Counted from the first letter of the stretch, positions 42,421 to 53,272 are shown. The stretch: 64,000 nt of DNA from Flavobacteriales bacterium (GCA_021739695.1 JAIPBM010000021.1:4472-68471), one strand, 5' to 3'. Program-made: numbers and translations. The notes: generated from the sequence alone by a model not told the origin.

Positions 42421-45400
42421 ATGAAAAACCGTTATTTCCGTCTGCTTTTTGCAGTGATATGTTCCATAGTTTTTTCTGCCAATAAGGCTGAGGCTTCGCA
42501 CGCCTTGGGAGCAGAGATCACGTACGAATGTTTGGGAGGCGATCAGTATCGAGTGAGGTTGGTTTTTTACCGTGATTGTGGCGGAATTGCAGCACCAACG
42601 GCCCCGGCATTGACTCTTTCATCTTCATGTGGAAATCAGAGTCTGGCAATGACATTGCAACCACCAGAACCAGCTTATCCACCGTTCGATCAGTATTTGG
42701 CGCCTTACGAACTGCCTGTTTATTGTTCTGCTTCTGATTGTGGAAGTGGTAATAATCCTGGTTTGCAAGAATACGTGTATGAGGCAACGGTAACGCTTCC
42801 TCCATGTGCAGACTGGACATTTAGCTATGACCTTTGCTGTCGCAGTGCTGCTATCAATACGATAAGCGCACCTGGTAATCAGGATATTTATGTCAGTGCT
42901 TTTCTAAATAATCAAGCTGCACCATGCAACAGTTCTCCTGAGTTTGACGTGGCAGCTCGTGGTTTCATATGCTTAAACCAAGACAATACGATTTTGGCAA
43001 CCGCCACTGATCCCGATGGCGATCTTCTTGTTTACAGCGTTTACACTCCATGGCACAATCCAGGTCAGAGCGTTAATTACACAGGCGGATTTAATCCAAA
43101 TAATCCGCTTTCTAATTCCAACTACACGTTTACTGATGGTGTGATTGAAGTTCATCCAACTTCCAATGGTCAGATCACTGTAATTGGTGTGATGGTGGAA
43201 GAGTATCGGAACGGTGTGCTCATCGGACGTGTGGTTCGAGACATGCAGGTGCGCGTGATCAATAACTGTCCACAAAATCCAGGCAACGATTTCGACATTG
43301 ATCAGGATGGGATATTTGACGGGAACAACTTCGTGATTTGTGCGAACAACGAGATCCAATTGGATGTGTATCTGAACAACACCCTTCCCAACGCCAATTA
43401 CAATATGGTTTTGGAAAATCTAGCGGATTTCCCTGGCGCCACATTCAATACAGTGCCAAGTGGAACAGCTCCAGGAGGCATTGTCGGTCAGTTCTTTTGG
43501 ACTCCTGATCAAGGTTCCATCGGCTCCAACCAAACACTCGTATTCACTGCGTTCGATGATAACTGTCCCGTGGTCGGATTTTCCAATTTCACCTACGATT
43601 TTACCATCACCGGCCTCGAATTATTAGTTGATATTGATACGGTGGCCATTTCCTGTGCGGATTCGGTTCAAATGGTTGCCACCGTTTCCAATGGATCACC
43701 ACCCTATAGTTTTCTCTGGAACGATGGATATGCTGGCGCAAGTAGATGGGTTGGGGCCGGACAATATATTGTTGAAGTTACAGACAATGAAGGCTGCACA
43801 GGAAGTGATACGATAGAGGTCTATTACGTAGATGATCCTCAAGGCGCATTTTTTGACCCAACAGGTGCGTGTGTCGATTCGGCCGTTGCTTTTGTGGATC
43901 AATCTTTCAGTAATTATCCTGCCAATTTGCCACCAATTACCATTGTTGATTGGGAATGGGATTTTGGAGATGGATCAACGCTTACAGGTGTCCAAAATCC
44001 AACCCATGCATACGATACGGCAGGATTGTATCAAGTACAACTTATTGTGACGAACGATCTTGGATGTGTGGATACTGCTTGGAGTTCCGTTTGGGCCAAT
44101 CCACCTCCGAGAGTAGATTTTGAATTTGAAAATGTGTGCACCGACACACTTTTTACCTTCACTGATCTTACTACAATAGATACTGGCCAAGTGGTCTCCT
44201 GGGCATGGGATTTTGGAGATGGAACAGCTCCAGTTCAACTTCCAAGCACTACGCATCAATTTGCCAACACAGGTTATTTCGATGTGACCTTGGCTGCGGT
44301 TTCAGATAGCGGTTGTCCCGCATATCTCACACAACAAGTGTATTCATTTCCCTTGCCGATTGGCGATTTTTCACCTACGGATGTGTGCTATGGTAACGCA
44401 TCGAGTTTTCTTGATCTTACCACAGTTTCAGCAGGTTCGGTAGAAGGTTGGCTGTGGGATTTTGGAGATGGAACGATTTCCTCCACGCTTCAAAATCCGG
44501 TTCATACATACGGAGATACAGGCGTTTTCAACGTTACACTTATCTCAACTACCGATTCTGTCTGTCGCGATACCATTACCCAAAGCGTCATGGTTCACCC
44601 AAGTCCGGTAGCCGGATTTGTGAACGATACCGTGTGCGCAGAGCTGGAAATGACCTTCACTGATACAACTACCGTTCCTTCCGGAATTATTTCAAACTGG
44701 TCGTGGTATTTTGGAGATGGAGGTGTTTCTGCGGTTCCCAATCCAATTCACGTGTATTCAATTGGTGGTCAATATACCAGTTCGCTTGTGGTTCAGTCCG
44801 ACCTCGGTTGTATAGATAGCATCGCCAAAACGGTTATTGTTTATCCGAAACCACTAGCAGAATTCACAGCTTTGGCTGCTTGTGAAAATGATGAAAACAT
44901 ATTCATCGATCAGTCGAATGTGGCTGCCGGATCTCAAGTTGTTGGTTGGGATTGGGACTTTGGTGATGGTATGGGGACATCTTCAGTCCAATTTCCAACC
45001 TACGTATATTCAGGAAGTGGCGTTTATACAGTAACGCTAATGACAGAAACCGATTTCGGTTGTCGTGATACCGTTCAGCACACTACCGAAGTGTATGACC
45101 TGCCGATTTCTGATTTCACTTTCAGTGATGTCTGTTTGTACGACCCGGTCATTTTTAATAACACTTCAAGCATTCCGTCTGGTTCAATTGTAATCAATGA
45201 GTGGGATTTTGGAGATGGTGATATTTCTTCCGCTCAGCAGCCGGTCGGGCAGCCGTATCCCGCTGCGGGATTCTATGATGTATCACTGATTACGCAATCA
45301 AATCATGGTTGCCGAGATACCTTGGTTCAGACAGTTGAGTTATTTCCTGTGCCAACAGCCATGTTCACCTTCGATTCTGTGTGTTTTCCATTTGCTACCA

Positions 45401-46668
45401 ATTTCGTTGATCTTTCGAACGTAACGGGGCTGTATAGTGTAACCGATTGGGACTGGAAGTTTGGCGATGGAATTGTGAATGCAGGAATTCAAAATCCGAC
45501 ACACGCTTACACATCGTGGGGCGATTATTCTGTTCAATTAACAGTTACGACAGACGCTGGTTGCGAGGCAGATACCACACTATCGCCAGTTCGCGTGTAT
45601 CCTAAACCGCATGCTGATTTCAGCAATGAATTGGCCAATTGTTTGAACGACACTACTGTTTTCGAAGACCTATCAACATTGGAGAACGGTCCTGAAGATG
45701 TTCTAGCTACTTGGAGCTGGAATTTTACAGATGGTTACGGAAGCAATGATCAGAATACCGATCACGTTTTTGGAACACACGGTTTTTACAACGTAATTCT
45801 GGGTGTGGAGACCAACCATGGCTGCCAAGACACAACCATCATTCCAGTAGAAATCTACCCGTTGCCAGATGTCAAATTTACGGTCGACACGAATTTAGGA
45901 TGCCAACCTTTCCGTGTTCAATTCACGGATTTGACCGAGATTCCGAATCCTTATCTACTCACAACGTGGGAATGGAATTTTGGCGATGGCCCTGGAATTA
46001 TTTCTACGCAGAATCCAGTTCATACCTATAATGACGAAGAGCTAGGCGATTTTGAGACTGGAGTTTATTCCATTTGGTTGCGGGTTACTTCGGCCAATGG
46101 CTGTGTTTCCGACACCATCTATCAGGATTACATAACGGAGTATCCGAAACCGGATGCGCTGTTCTCGGTGGATCCGATGCGCACCGAGATTCTTTTTCCG
46201 AATTTCAATATTACCGATCTAGCATCTCCCAACGTGGTCAGTTGGACTTACGAATGGGGCGATGGCTCCACTTCGAATCTTCAGAATCCTGCCCACGAAT
46301 ATGCCGATACTGGTCATTATGAGATTATCCAATACGTAGTAACGGAATTCGGATGCAAGGATACCGCCAAGGCGATAGTTATTGTAGATCCTGAGTTCAG
46401 ATTTTATATTCCTTCAGCCTTTACTCCGGATGCTGATGGCGTGAATGAAGAGTTTTTCGGTTCAGGAATTGGAATCATCGAATATCAAATGCGCATTTAC
46501 ACCCGATGGGGTCAACAGATCTTTGAATCCAATGAATATGATTTCCATTGGGATGGCACGTTCATGGGAGAGCAAGTTCAAGAGGGCGTATACGTGTACC
46601 AGTTCAATATTTTGGATATCAAAGGCGAACCTCATTTGTATCGTGGTGGTGTAACATTATTTAGGTAG
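42421..46668 (+). CDS. giant T9SS cargo protein (about 1415 aa): N-terminal domain paralogous to the 31586 gene, about 11 PKD-type repeats and a C-terminal T9SS type B sorting domain
   Basis: Signal peptide (MKNRYFRLLFAVICSIVFSANKAEA). N-terminal domain (HALGAEITYECLG ... YRDC ... EEYRNGVLIGRVVRDMQVRVINNC). Recurring W(D/E)FGDG ... NP.H.Y ... Y.V.L ... GC.D PKD units. C-terminus FYIPSAFTPDADGVNEEF ... YTRWGQQIFES ... EGVYVY. Start chosen at 42421 rather than 42388. Confidence 0.8.
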   Translation: MKNRYFRLLFAVICSIVFSANKAEASHALGAEITYECLGGDQYRVRLVFYRDCGGIAAPTAPALTLSSSCGNQSLAMTLQPPEPAYPPFDQYLAPYELPVYCSASDCGSGNNPGLQEYVYEATVTLPPCADWTFSYDLCCRSAAINTISAPGNQDIYVSAFLNNQAAPCNSSPEFDVAARGFICLNQDNTILATATDPDGDLLVYSVYTPWHNPGQSVNYTGGFNPNNPLSNSNYTFTDGVIEVHPTSNGQITVIGVMVEEYRNGVLIGRVVRDMQVRVINNCPQNPGNDFDIDQDGIFDGNNFVICANNEIQLDVYLNNTLPNANYNMVLENLADFPGATFNTVPSGTAPGGIVGQFFWTPDQGSIGSNQTLVFTAFDDNCPVVGFSNFTYDFTITGLELLVDIDTVAISCADSVQMVATVSNGSPPYSFLWNDGYAGASRWVGAGQYIVEVTDNEGCTGSDTIEVYYVDDPQGAFFDPTGACVDSAVAFVDQSFSNYPANLPPITIVDWEWDFGDGSTLTGVQNPTHAYDTAGLYQVQLIVTNDLGCVDTAWSSVWANPPPRVDFEFENVCTDTLFTFTDLTTIDTGQVVSWAWDFGDGTAPVQLPSTTHQFANTGYFDVTLAAVSDSGCPAYLTQQVYSFPLPIGDFSPTDVCYGNASSFLDLTTVSAGSVEGWLWDFGDGTISSTLQNPVHTYGDTGVFNVTLISTTDSVCRDTITQSVMVHPSPVAGFVNDTVCAELEMTFTDTTTVPSGIISNWSWYFGDGGVSAVPNPIHVYSIGGQYTSSLVVQSDLGCIDSIAKTVIVYPKPLAEFTALAACENDENIFIDQSNVAAGSQVVGWDWDFGDGMGTSSVQFPTYVYSGSGVYTVTLMTETDFGCRDTVQHTTEVYDLPISDFTFSDVCLYDPVIFNNTSSIPSGSIVINEWDFGDGDISSAQQPVGQPYPAAGFYDVSLITQSNHGCRDTLVQTVELFPVPTAMFTFDSVCFPFATNFVDLSNVTGLYSVTDWDWKFGDGIVNAGIQNPTHAYTSWGDYSVQLTVTTDAGCEADTTLSPVRVYPKPHADFSNELANCLNDTTVFEDLSTLENGPEDVLATWSWNFTDGYGSNDQNTDHVFGTHGFYNVILGVETNHGCQDTTIIPVEIYPLPDVKFTVDTNLGCQPFRVQFTDLTEIPNPYLLTTWEWNFGDGPGIISTQNPVHTYNDEELGDFETGVYSIWLRVTSANGCVSDTIYQDYITEYPKPDALFSVDPMRTEILFPNFNITDLASPNVVSWTYEWGDGSTSNLQNPAHEYADTGHYEIIQYVVTEFGCKDTAKAIVIVDPEFRFYIPSAFTPDADGVNEEFFGSGIGIIEYQMRIYTRWGQQIFESNEYDFHWDGTFMGEQVQEGVYVYQFNILDIKGEPHLYRGGVTLFR

Positions 46669-46685
46669 AAGAGTTAAGGTGTCCC

Positions 46686-49600
46686 GTGGGTTTGATACAG
46701 TTCGACAAGATTTTCAGGTTTGTTTTTTCAATGATAGCGGTAATCTTGCCGTTGGCAGGATTTGGACAGTACCAGATAAACGGTAACGCCAATCAGATCT
46801 CCTGTAATTGCTACCAACTAACTGAAGATCAACCATATTCTGGTGGTTCAGTTTGGAACGTTAATCAAATCAATCTTAACACTCCTTTCAATTACAATTT
46901 TGAGGTTTGGCTCGGCTGTAGTGAGTGGGGAGCAGACGGAATTGCCTTTGTGCTGCAGCCTGTAAATGTGACACAAGGAGGAGGTTCTAGTTCTTTGGGT
47001 TATGGAGGTATAGTTCCTTCCTTGGAAGTTGAAGTTGATACCTGGCCAAATGATGTGACGATGGCTGATCCTCCACAGGATCATATCGCTATCATGAAGA
47101 ATGGCGATTCGAACCATGGTTCAGCAAATAATCTTGCAGGACCGGTTGTGGCGAGTAGCACACAACCAAATATAGAAGATTGTGCTTGGCACACAGTACA
47201 GGTTGTCTGGCAGCCTAGTGTTAATACCTTAGCTGTTTTCTTCGATGGAGTATTCCGTACGAGCTACACGGGCGATATCATCAATACTATTTTCGGTGGT
47301 TCTTCTCAGGTTTATTGGGGTTGGACAGGCGGAACGGGATCCGCCAGTGCCGATCAGCGCTTTTGCAATTCCATCCTGCCAGATTACACAATTAGCAATT
47401 CGACTACTTGCGTTGGTGATCAGATCAATTTTACGGATGCTTCGTTGACATCATCAGGGAACATCACCAATTACACATGGGATTTCGGTGATGGAACCAC
47501 GGGTTCTGGCGCTCCGGTTTCACATACATACTCTAGCGCTGGCAATTTTAACGTGAATTTGAGCATAACCACGGAAGGTTGCTCTCAAGACACCGTTATT
47601 CCAATAACCATCGACCCTACACCAGTTGTCAATCTTGGTCCTGATCTGAGTATTTGCGATGGACAGACGGTACAGCTGAACAGCCCTAATACGCTCGGAA
47701 GTGGAACATATAGCTGGTCTCCGACAACAGCACTCAGCAGTGCATCGGCTCCAAGTCCAACAAGTTCAACCGTTTCAAATATCAATTATAACCTCACATT
47801 CACGTCAAGCAATGGATGTTCTGGTTCAGATAACGTTCAGGTGATCGTAAATCCGTTGCCCGTAGCTAATGCAGGACAGGATCAGACCATGTGTGAAGGC
47901 GTTCCAGTAACCTTGCAAGCCTCTGGCGGAGTGAGTTATAATTGGTTGCCTGCAGCAAGTTTGAGCAATGCGGCCATCAGCAATCCTTCAGCTTCTCCTA
48001 TCACCAGCACCACGTATACGGTTACTGTAACGGACGCCAATAACTGCTCAAACACTGATAACGTGGATATTACAGTTGAACCCGCACCGATTTTAGATGC
48101 TGGTCAAAATCAGAATGTATGCGAAGGAGATGTGGTGCAATTGAATGCTGTCGGAACAGGAAGTTTTTCGTGGTCACCGCCAACGGCTTTAAGCAATACA
48201 TTGATTGCAAATCCGAGTGCCAGCCCTTCTGTTACAACCACGTATCTCGTAACACTAACAGATGCTAACAATTGCTCGTCAGTTGATAGTATTGTGGTTG
48301 ATGTTGATCCAATTCCGATAGCCGATTTTCCAAATCCAACGCCTGTTTGTAACGGTAATGCTGTTCAATTCAATGACAATTCAACGGGAACAATCGTCAG
48401 TTACAATTGGGATTTTGGTGATGGAACCACTGGACAGGGAACCAATCCAACACACGTTTATCCCGATCTTGGCACATACACAGTAACGCTCACAACTTTG
48501 AGCGCCAATGGTTGCAGTGCCACAGCCACAGGAACTGCTGAAGTAATTGATGGACCGATTCCTGTCTTTTCGTTGGCAGACGGCCCTGATTTTTGTGAAC
48601 AGGAGTTGCTACAGATCACCAATTCAAGTTTCGGCCCGATTGTGACCTACCTGTGGGATTTCGGTGACGGAACTACTTCAACGGCAATGGTTCCAAACTT
48701 TAGTTACTCAAGTTTTGGCACCTACACCGTTTCACTCACCGTTGGAACAGCCGATCAATGTTTTAACACTTCAACGGAAGATGTTATCGTACATCCGATC
48801 CCACAAGCGGCTTTCAGTTCAACGCCCGCATGTTTTGGAGAAGCAACTGGTTTTACAGATTCATCAATCATTCCAGAAGGAGCCGTAACGGGTTGGGAAT
48901 GGACGTTTGGCGATGGTTCTAATATTGCATACGGGCAAACGCCAACTCATACGTATACAAATTTTGGTGCGTATCAAGTTCGAATGATAGCGCAAAGCGC
49001 CATGGGGTGCAGAGATACCATTACGCAATTGGTCTACGTAAATCCAACTCCGGTTGTCACGATAGATGCAGCCGATATCTGTTTGGGAGAAGAGGCCGTT
49101 TTTGTCAATTCCACGGTACCGAATGATAATACCATTGCACTTTGGAGTTGGAATTTTGGCGATGGTCAAATAGGTAACCAAAATTCACCTGCACATCAAT
49201 ATCAGAATTACGGCACATTTACCGCTGAGCTGACAGCCACTTCAGATAGTGGTTGCATTGGCTCGGCAACCACAGAGCTTGAAGTTTATCCATATCCGGT
49301 AGCGGGTATCGGTTATTCTGAGTTTGAAGGTTGCACGCCCGTTGCCATCAATTTTGTTGATGAGAGCACCATTCCAAACAACTACACTATTGGTTCGTAC
49401 GAATGGATTTTTGGAGATGGTTCTACGGGATCCTCAGCTTCGTCTTCGCACACATATGTTACGCCTGGTATTTACGATGTAAGTTTGATCGTGACCACTC
49501 AGAATGGTGGTTGTGCAGACACGTTGACGATTGCTCAGGCCATGTCCATTTACATTACGCCAACGGCCAATTTCAATTACCGGCCTACGGATGCGACCAT

Positions 49601-50072
49601 GCTAGATCCACGCATTAGGTTCACAAACACTACTTCAAATGGAGTTACGTATGTTTGGGATTTTGGTGACGGAGGATCGTCTACTGAAGCTAACCCGACC
49701 AATTCTTATCCTGCCGAAGGCGATTATGTGGTAACACTTTTGGCTGAAAATGGAATCTGCTCTGATGCCACAACTCGAATCGTTCATATAGACCCAGAAA
49801 CCTTCATTTATATTCCGAATGCGTTTACACCAAATGGAAACAGGTTAAACGATGGATTTACTGCGAAAGGGATTGGAATTGAGAAGTTTGAGATGACCAT
49901 CTTCAATCGATGGGGAACAGAATTGTACTATACTGCTCGGATAGATGAACCTTGGGATGGAATTTACAAAGGCATGCTGCTACCATCAGACAGCTACGTA
50001 TATCGAATTGAGATCGTAGACGTGAAAGGGGAAAGTAAAAAGTTTACTGGAAGTGTGAATTTGGTGCGCTAA
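46686..50072 (+). CDS. giant T9SS cargo protein (1128 aa): N-terminal L-type lectin-like domain, SprB-type repeats, PKD repeats and a C-terminal T9SS type B sorting domain
   Basis: Legume-lectin-like blocks (ADGIAFVLQP; LEVEVDTWPND; DHIAIMKNGDSNH; W.G.TGG). Three or more SprB-type repeats. About 8 PKD units (W.FGDG). C-terminus FIYIPNAFTPNGNRLNDGF ... FNRWGTELYYT ... DSYVYRIE. Start is uncertain (46686 or the Met at 46731). Confidence 0.8.
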   Translation: MGLIQFDKIFRFVFSMIAVILPLAGFGQYQINGNANQISCNCYQLTEDQPYSGGSVWNVNQINLNTPFNYNFEVWLGCSEWGADGIAFVLQPVNVTQGGGSSSLGYGGIVPSLEVEVDTWPNDVTMADPPQDHIAIMKNGDSNHGSANNLAGPVVASSTQPNIEDCAWHTVQVVWQPSVNTLAVFFDGVFRTSYTGDIINTIFGGSSQVYWGWTGGTGSASADQRFCNSILPDYTISNSTTCVGDQINFTDASLTSSGNITNYTWDFGDGTTGSGAPVSHTYSSAGNFNVNLSITTEGCSQDTVIPITIDPTPVVNLGPDLSICDGQTVQLNSPNTLGSGTYSWSPTTALSSASAPSPTSSTVSNINYNLTFTSSNGCSGSDNVQVIVNPLPVANAGQDQTMCEGVPVTLQASGGVSYNWLPAASLSNAAISNPSASPITSTTYTVTVTDANNCSNTDNVDITVEPAPILDAGQNQNVCEGDVVQLNAVGTGSFSWSPPTALSNTLIANPSASPSVTTTYLVTLTDANNCSSVDSIVVDVDPIPIADFPNPTPVCNGNAVQFNDNSTGTIVSYNWDFGDGTTGQGTNPTHVYPDLGTYTVTLTTLSANGCSATATGTAEVIDGPIPVFSLADGPDFCEQELLQITNSSFGPIVTYLWDFGDGTTSTAMVPNFSYSSFGTYTVSLTVGTADQCFNTSTEDVIVHPIPQAAFSSTPACFGEATGFTDSSIIPEGAVTGWEWTFGDGSNIAYGQTPTHTYTNFGAYQVRMIAQSAMGCRDTITQLVYVNPTPVVTIDAADICLGEEAVFVNSTVPNDNTIALWSWNFGDGQIGNQNSPAHQYQNYGTFTAELTATSDSGCIGSATTELEVYPYPVAGIGYSEFEGCTPVAINFVDESTIPNNYTIGSYEWIFGDGSTGSSASSSHTYVTPGIYDVSLIVTTQNGGCADTLTIAQAMSIYITPTANFNYRPTDATMLDPRIRFTNTTSNGVTYVWDFGDGGSSTEANPTNSYPAEGDYVVTLLAENGICSDATTRIVHIDPETFIYIPNAFTPNGNRLNDGFTAKGIGIEKFEMTIFNRWGTELYYTARIDEPWDGIYKGMLLPSDSYVYRIEIVDVKGESKKFTGSVNLVR

Positions 50073-50075
50073 GCA

Positions 50076-50726
50076 CTACCTGAAATCGACAATGTCGAAA
50101 TCCTGTGCTTCGTATTTCTCCTTAGAGAAAACAAACTTATCGGCAGTAACACCAGCATTTGTTTTCATGCTCTTTACTTCCAAAAGGTAATCTGTACCAT
50201 CCTTTCCAAAGGTTTTGGAATACACGATATGGTTCGTCTTTTTGTCGATGCCCATTCTGATTCTTGAGAACGATTTTTTACCTGGCACTTCAGGAAAAAG
50301 GTCCACCACGTTCAGTGCCTTGCCTTCTTTGGTTTCTTCGCCATAGAATTTTGATTTGAAACCTTTGTCGTATTGACTGAAGAAGTTGGATGGATCAAGT
50401 TCTGTTTCTTCTTTGAATTCCTCTATGGACTTAACGTGGACTTCTTGGTCGTCCTTCATAACGTACCAAACAATTTTCCCATCGCTGTAAATATCTTGTC
50501 CCATCAGTTGCAGATGGAACTTATTTCCAGCAAGGGTCAATTCACCCGTTCTGGTGTCATTCACCTTGGCTTCTTTGTTCTCGAGCGTGTAGCTAAAACT
50601 GACCTGAATGTCTTTGTAGCTGCCGTTTGTTGTGCTTACGGCTTTAAGTATTGATGCGGCTTTCTCGTCATCTTGGCCAAAAACAGCCAAGGGTAAAAGG
50701 GCAATGAAAAGGATCTTTCTAAACAT
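50076..50726 (-). CDS. LolA-like outer-membrane lipoprotein carrier / lipoprotein-sorting family protein
   Basis: Signal peptide (MFRKILFIALLPLAVFGQ), about 215 aa with a beta-rich sequence. Sits adjacent to and co-oriented with ftsK, the usual ftsK-lolA arrangement. Confidence 0.55.
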   Translation of the reverse strand: MFRKILFIALLPLAVFGQDDEKAASILKAVSTTNGSYKDIQVSFSYTLENKEAKVNDTRTGELTLAGNKFHLQLMGQDIYSDGKIVWYVMKDDQEVHVKSIEEFKEETELDPSNFFSQYDKGFKSKFYGEETKEGKALNVVDLFPEVPGKKSFSRIRMGIDKKTNHIVYSKTFGKDGTDYLLEVKSMKTNAGVTADKFVFSKEKYEAQDFDIVDFR

Positions 50727-50737
50727 GATTAAATTTC

Positions 50738-53182
50738 TCAACTATGGTTTTGCAACTTTTGTTCCAAACTCATTTCATCTTGTATAAGCACTTGTCGCGC
50801 CTTACTTCCTTCAAACGGGCCGATGATTCCCGCAGCTTCCAATTGATCAATAATTCTGCCAGCTCTGTTGTAACCGAGCTTTAGTCTTCGTTGTAGCAAA
50901 GATGCTGATCCTTGCTGATGCTGAACCACAATGTGAGCAGCTTCATTGAAAAGCGCATCGCGGTCGCCAGGATCCATCGCTCCGTATTCTCCACTACCAC
51001 TACTTTCATCAATGAATTCAGGCAATTCGAACGCGAATGGATAAGCCTGTTGATTGCCAATGAAATCCACCACTTTTTCCACTTCGGGCGTATCTATGAA
51101 TGCGCACTGAATACGGATCATGTCATTTCCGGTAGACATCAACATGTCTCCTCTTCCGATCAACTGGTCAGCTCCACCTGCGTCAAGAATTGTCCGTGAG
51201 TCAATTTTAGACGTAACGCGGAAGGCAATTCTCGCTGGAAAGTTCGCTTTGATCGTTCCAGTGATGATATTCACGGAAGGGCGCTGCGTAGCTATGATCA
51301 AGTGAATACCAATAGCACGCGCCAATTGCGCCAAACGGGCGATAGGCGTTTCCACTTCCTTACCCGCAGTCATGATCAGATCCGCGAACTCATCAACCAC
51401 CAGAACGATGTATGGTAAGAATTTGTGTCCTTCTTTCGGGTTCAACCTTCGGGCAATGAACTTAGCGTTGTATTCTTTTAGATTTCGGCACTGCGCATCT
51501 TTCAGAAGATCGTAGCGATTATCCATCTCTAAGCAAAGAGAATTCAGCGTGGTAACTACTTTCTGCGTGTCGGTGATAATTGCTTCTTCAGTATCTGGCA
51601 ATTTGGCTAGAAAGTGACGCTCAATCTTGTTGAACAGCGTTAGCTCTACCTTTTTTGGATCCACCAATACGAACTTGACCTGCGCTGGGTGTTTTTTGTA
51701 AAGGATGGAAGCGAGAATACAGTTCAATCCTACCGATTTACCTTGTCCTGTAGCTCCAGCCATCAGAAGGTGGGGCATTTTAGTAAGGTCCGTTACGTAG
51801 GTTTCGTTAGAAATCGTCTTTCCTAACGCAATAGGTAACTCCATTTTTGAGTGTTGGAACCTCTCTGAACTCAACACGGCTTTCATCGAAACGGTATCAG
51901 GGTTCAAGTTCGGTACCTCAATACCGATTGTTCCTTTACCTGGAATTGGCGCAATGATTCTGATTCCTAAAGCAGAAAGGCTCAGTGCAATGTCGTCTTC
52001 TAGGTTTTTGATCTTCGAAATTCGAATTCCGGGAGCTGGAACAATTTCATAAAGCGTAACGGTTGGACCGATGGTAGCTTTGATCCTTTCAATCTCAATA
52101 TTGTAATTTTTGAGGGTTGAAACGATTCGGTTCTTGTTCGATTCAAGTTCTTCCTGATCTACCGATATTTCGCCTTTTCCGTAGGCTTCCAAAAGATCTA
52201 ACGGAGGTTTTTTGTAGTTGCTGAGGTCGAGTGTCGGGTCGTATTCTCCCATACCTTCTCCGTCAGATTCAGCAACGGTTTCTTCTTCAACTGCAACCGT
52301 TTCAATGTCGAATTGAACATCTTCCAATAACGGACTTGCATCTAGCGTTGGAGCGTCAATAATCATCGGTCGTTCGAATGGAACGGATGTTTCCAACTTC
52401 AATTCAGGCTCTGCTTTTGGTTCTTCCTGAACTGGAGGCCGTTGTTTGAATACCGTTTCCTTCAGATCCAGCTCATTGGTTTTGATGGTCACATCTGCAA
52501 CTGGCTCAAAATCATCATCGTCTTTTTCCACTTTATTATCAGCAGATGCTACATCTTGAGGCTTGGCTGCGAAAAGTGCTTTGATGCTATCAACGGATAG
52601 ATTGAAAACAACAGCAGAATAAACTGCAGCCATGAAGAGAAGGAGCAGAGCGGTGCCAGCAGAACCGATCAGACTTGTTGTCCATCTGTTCAGTTGAAAT
52701 CCCAACGCGCCTGAAAGGACAAAGTTTTCCAAGAACAGAAAACCCATCGCCAGCGGCAACACGTAAAGGAAGAACAGGGAATGTTTGATTGATTTTCCTA
52801 TCGGAAGGATGCTTCTGCGGAACAGAATTTTCAAGCCTACCAACATCAATAGAAACGGAAATAGAAAAGCAGCAATTCCGAACCAGTTGTAAATGAACTT
52901 CTCGGCTACCGCAGCACCGAATTTTCCCATGATGTTATTGACGTTGGTGCTAGGGTCGGCCAGCGTTTCAGCGAATTCCTGAAGTTCGCTCTGATCGGTA
53001 AAACCATCGATGAGGTACGAAATGAACGAAAGCACCAGAAAGAGGGAAACGATAACGAAGAAAAGCCCCGTAATGGTACGGGTTCTCGAATCGCCTAAAA
53101 ACTCAAGAAGGCCATTTTTATTTCCCTTCTTGGCATTAGATGAATCCTTTTTTGAAGTTGATTTTTCCTGTTTTTCAGCCAT
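50738..53182 (-). CDS. ftsK: DNA translocase FtsK/SpoIIIE
   Basis: N-terminal TM helices and a Pro/Glu-rich linker. Motor domain Walker A (GATGQGKSVGLN) and Walker B (IVLVVDEFADL). C-terminal gamma winged-helix domain. Start set to MAEKQEK (53182). Confidence 0.85.
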   Translation of the reverse strand: MAEKQEKSTSKKDSSNAKKGNKNGLLEFLGDSRTRTITGLFFVIVSLFLVLSFISYLIDGFTDQSELQEFAETLADPSTNVNNIMGKFGAAVAEKFIYNWFGIAAFLFPFLLMLVGLKILFRRSILPIGKSIKHSLFFLYVLPLAMGFLFLENFVLSGALGFQLNRWTTSLIGSAGTALLLLFMAAVYSAVVFNLSVDSIKALFAAKPQDVASADNKVEKDDDDFEPVADVTIKTNELDLKETVFKQRPPVQEEPKAEPELKLETSVPFERPMIIDAPTLDASPLLEDVQFDIETVAVEEETVAESDGEGMGEYDPTLDLSNYKKPPLDLLEAYGKGEISVDQEELESNKNRIVSTLKNYNIEIERIKATIGPTVTLYEIVPAPGIRISKIKNLEDDIALSLSALGIRIIAPIPGKGTIGIEVPNLNPDTVSMKAVLSSERFQHSKMELPIALGKTISNETYVTDLTKMPHLLMAGATGQGKSVGLNCILASILYKKHPAQVKFVLVDPKKVELTLFNKIERHFLAKLPDTEEAIITDTQKVVTTLNSLCLEMDNRYDLLKDAQCRNLKEYNAKFIARRLNPKEGHKFLPYIVLVVDEFADLIMTAGKEVETPIARLAQLARAIGIHLIIATQRPSVNIITGTIKANFPARIAFRVTSKIDSRTILDAGGADQLIGRGDMLMSTGNDMIRIQCAFIDTPEVEKVVDFIGNQQAYPFAFELPEFIDESSGSGEYGAMDPGDRDALFNEAAHIVVQHQQGSASLLQRRLKLGYNRAGRIIDQLEAAGIIGPFEGSKARQVLIQDEMSLEQKLQNHS

Positions 53183-53272
53183 TCCTCCCGCGAACTCAAA
53201 TGTAAGAAAAACCCCAACAAGCAAGCTGCGGGGTAATTCGCTACAACGTGGTCAGTTTGAACTTATTTCGGC

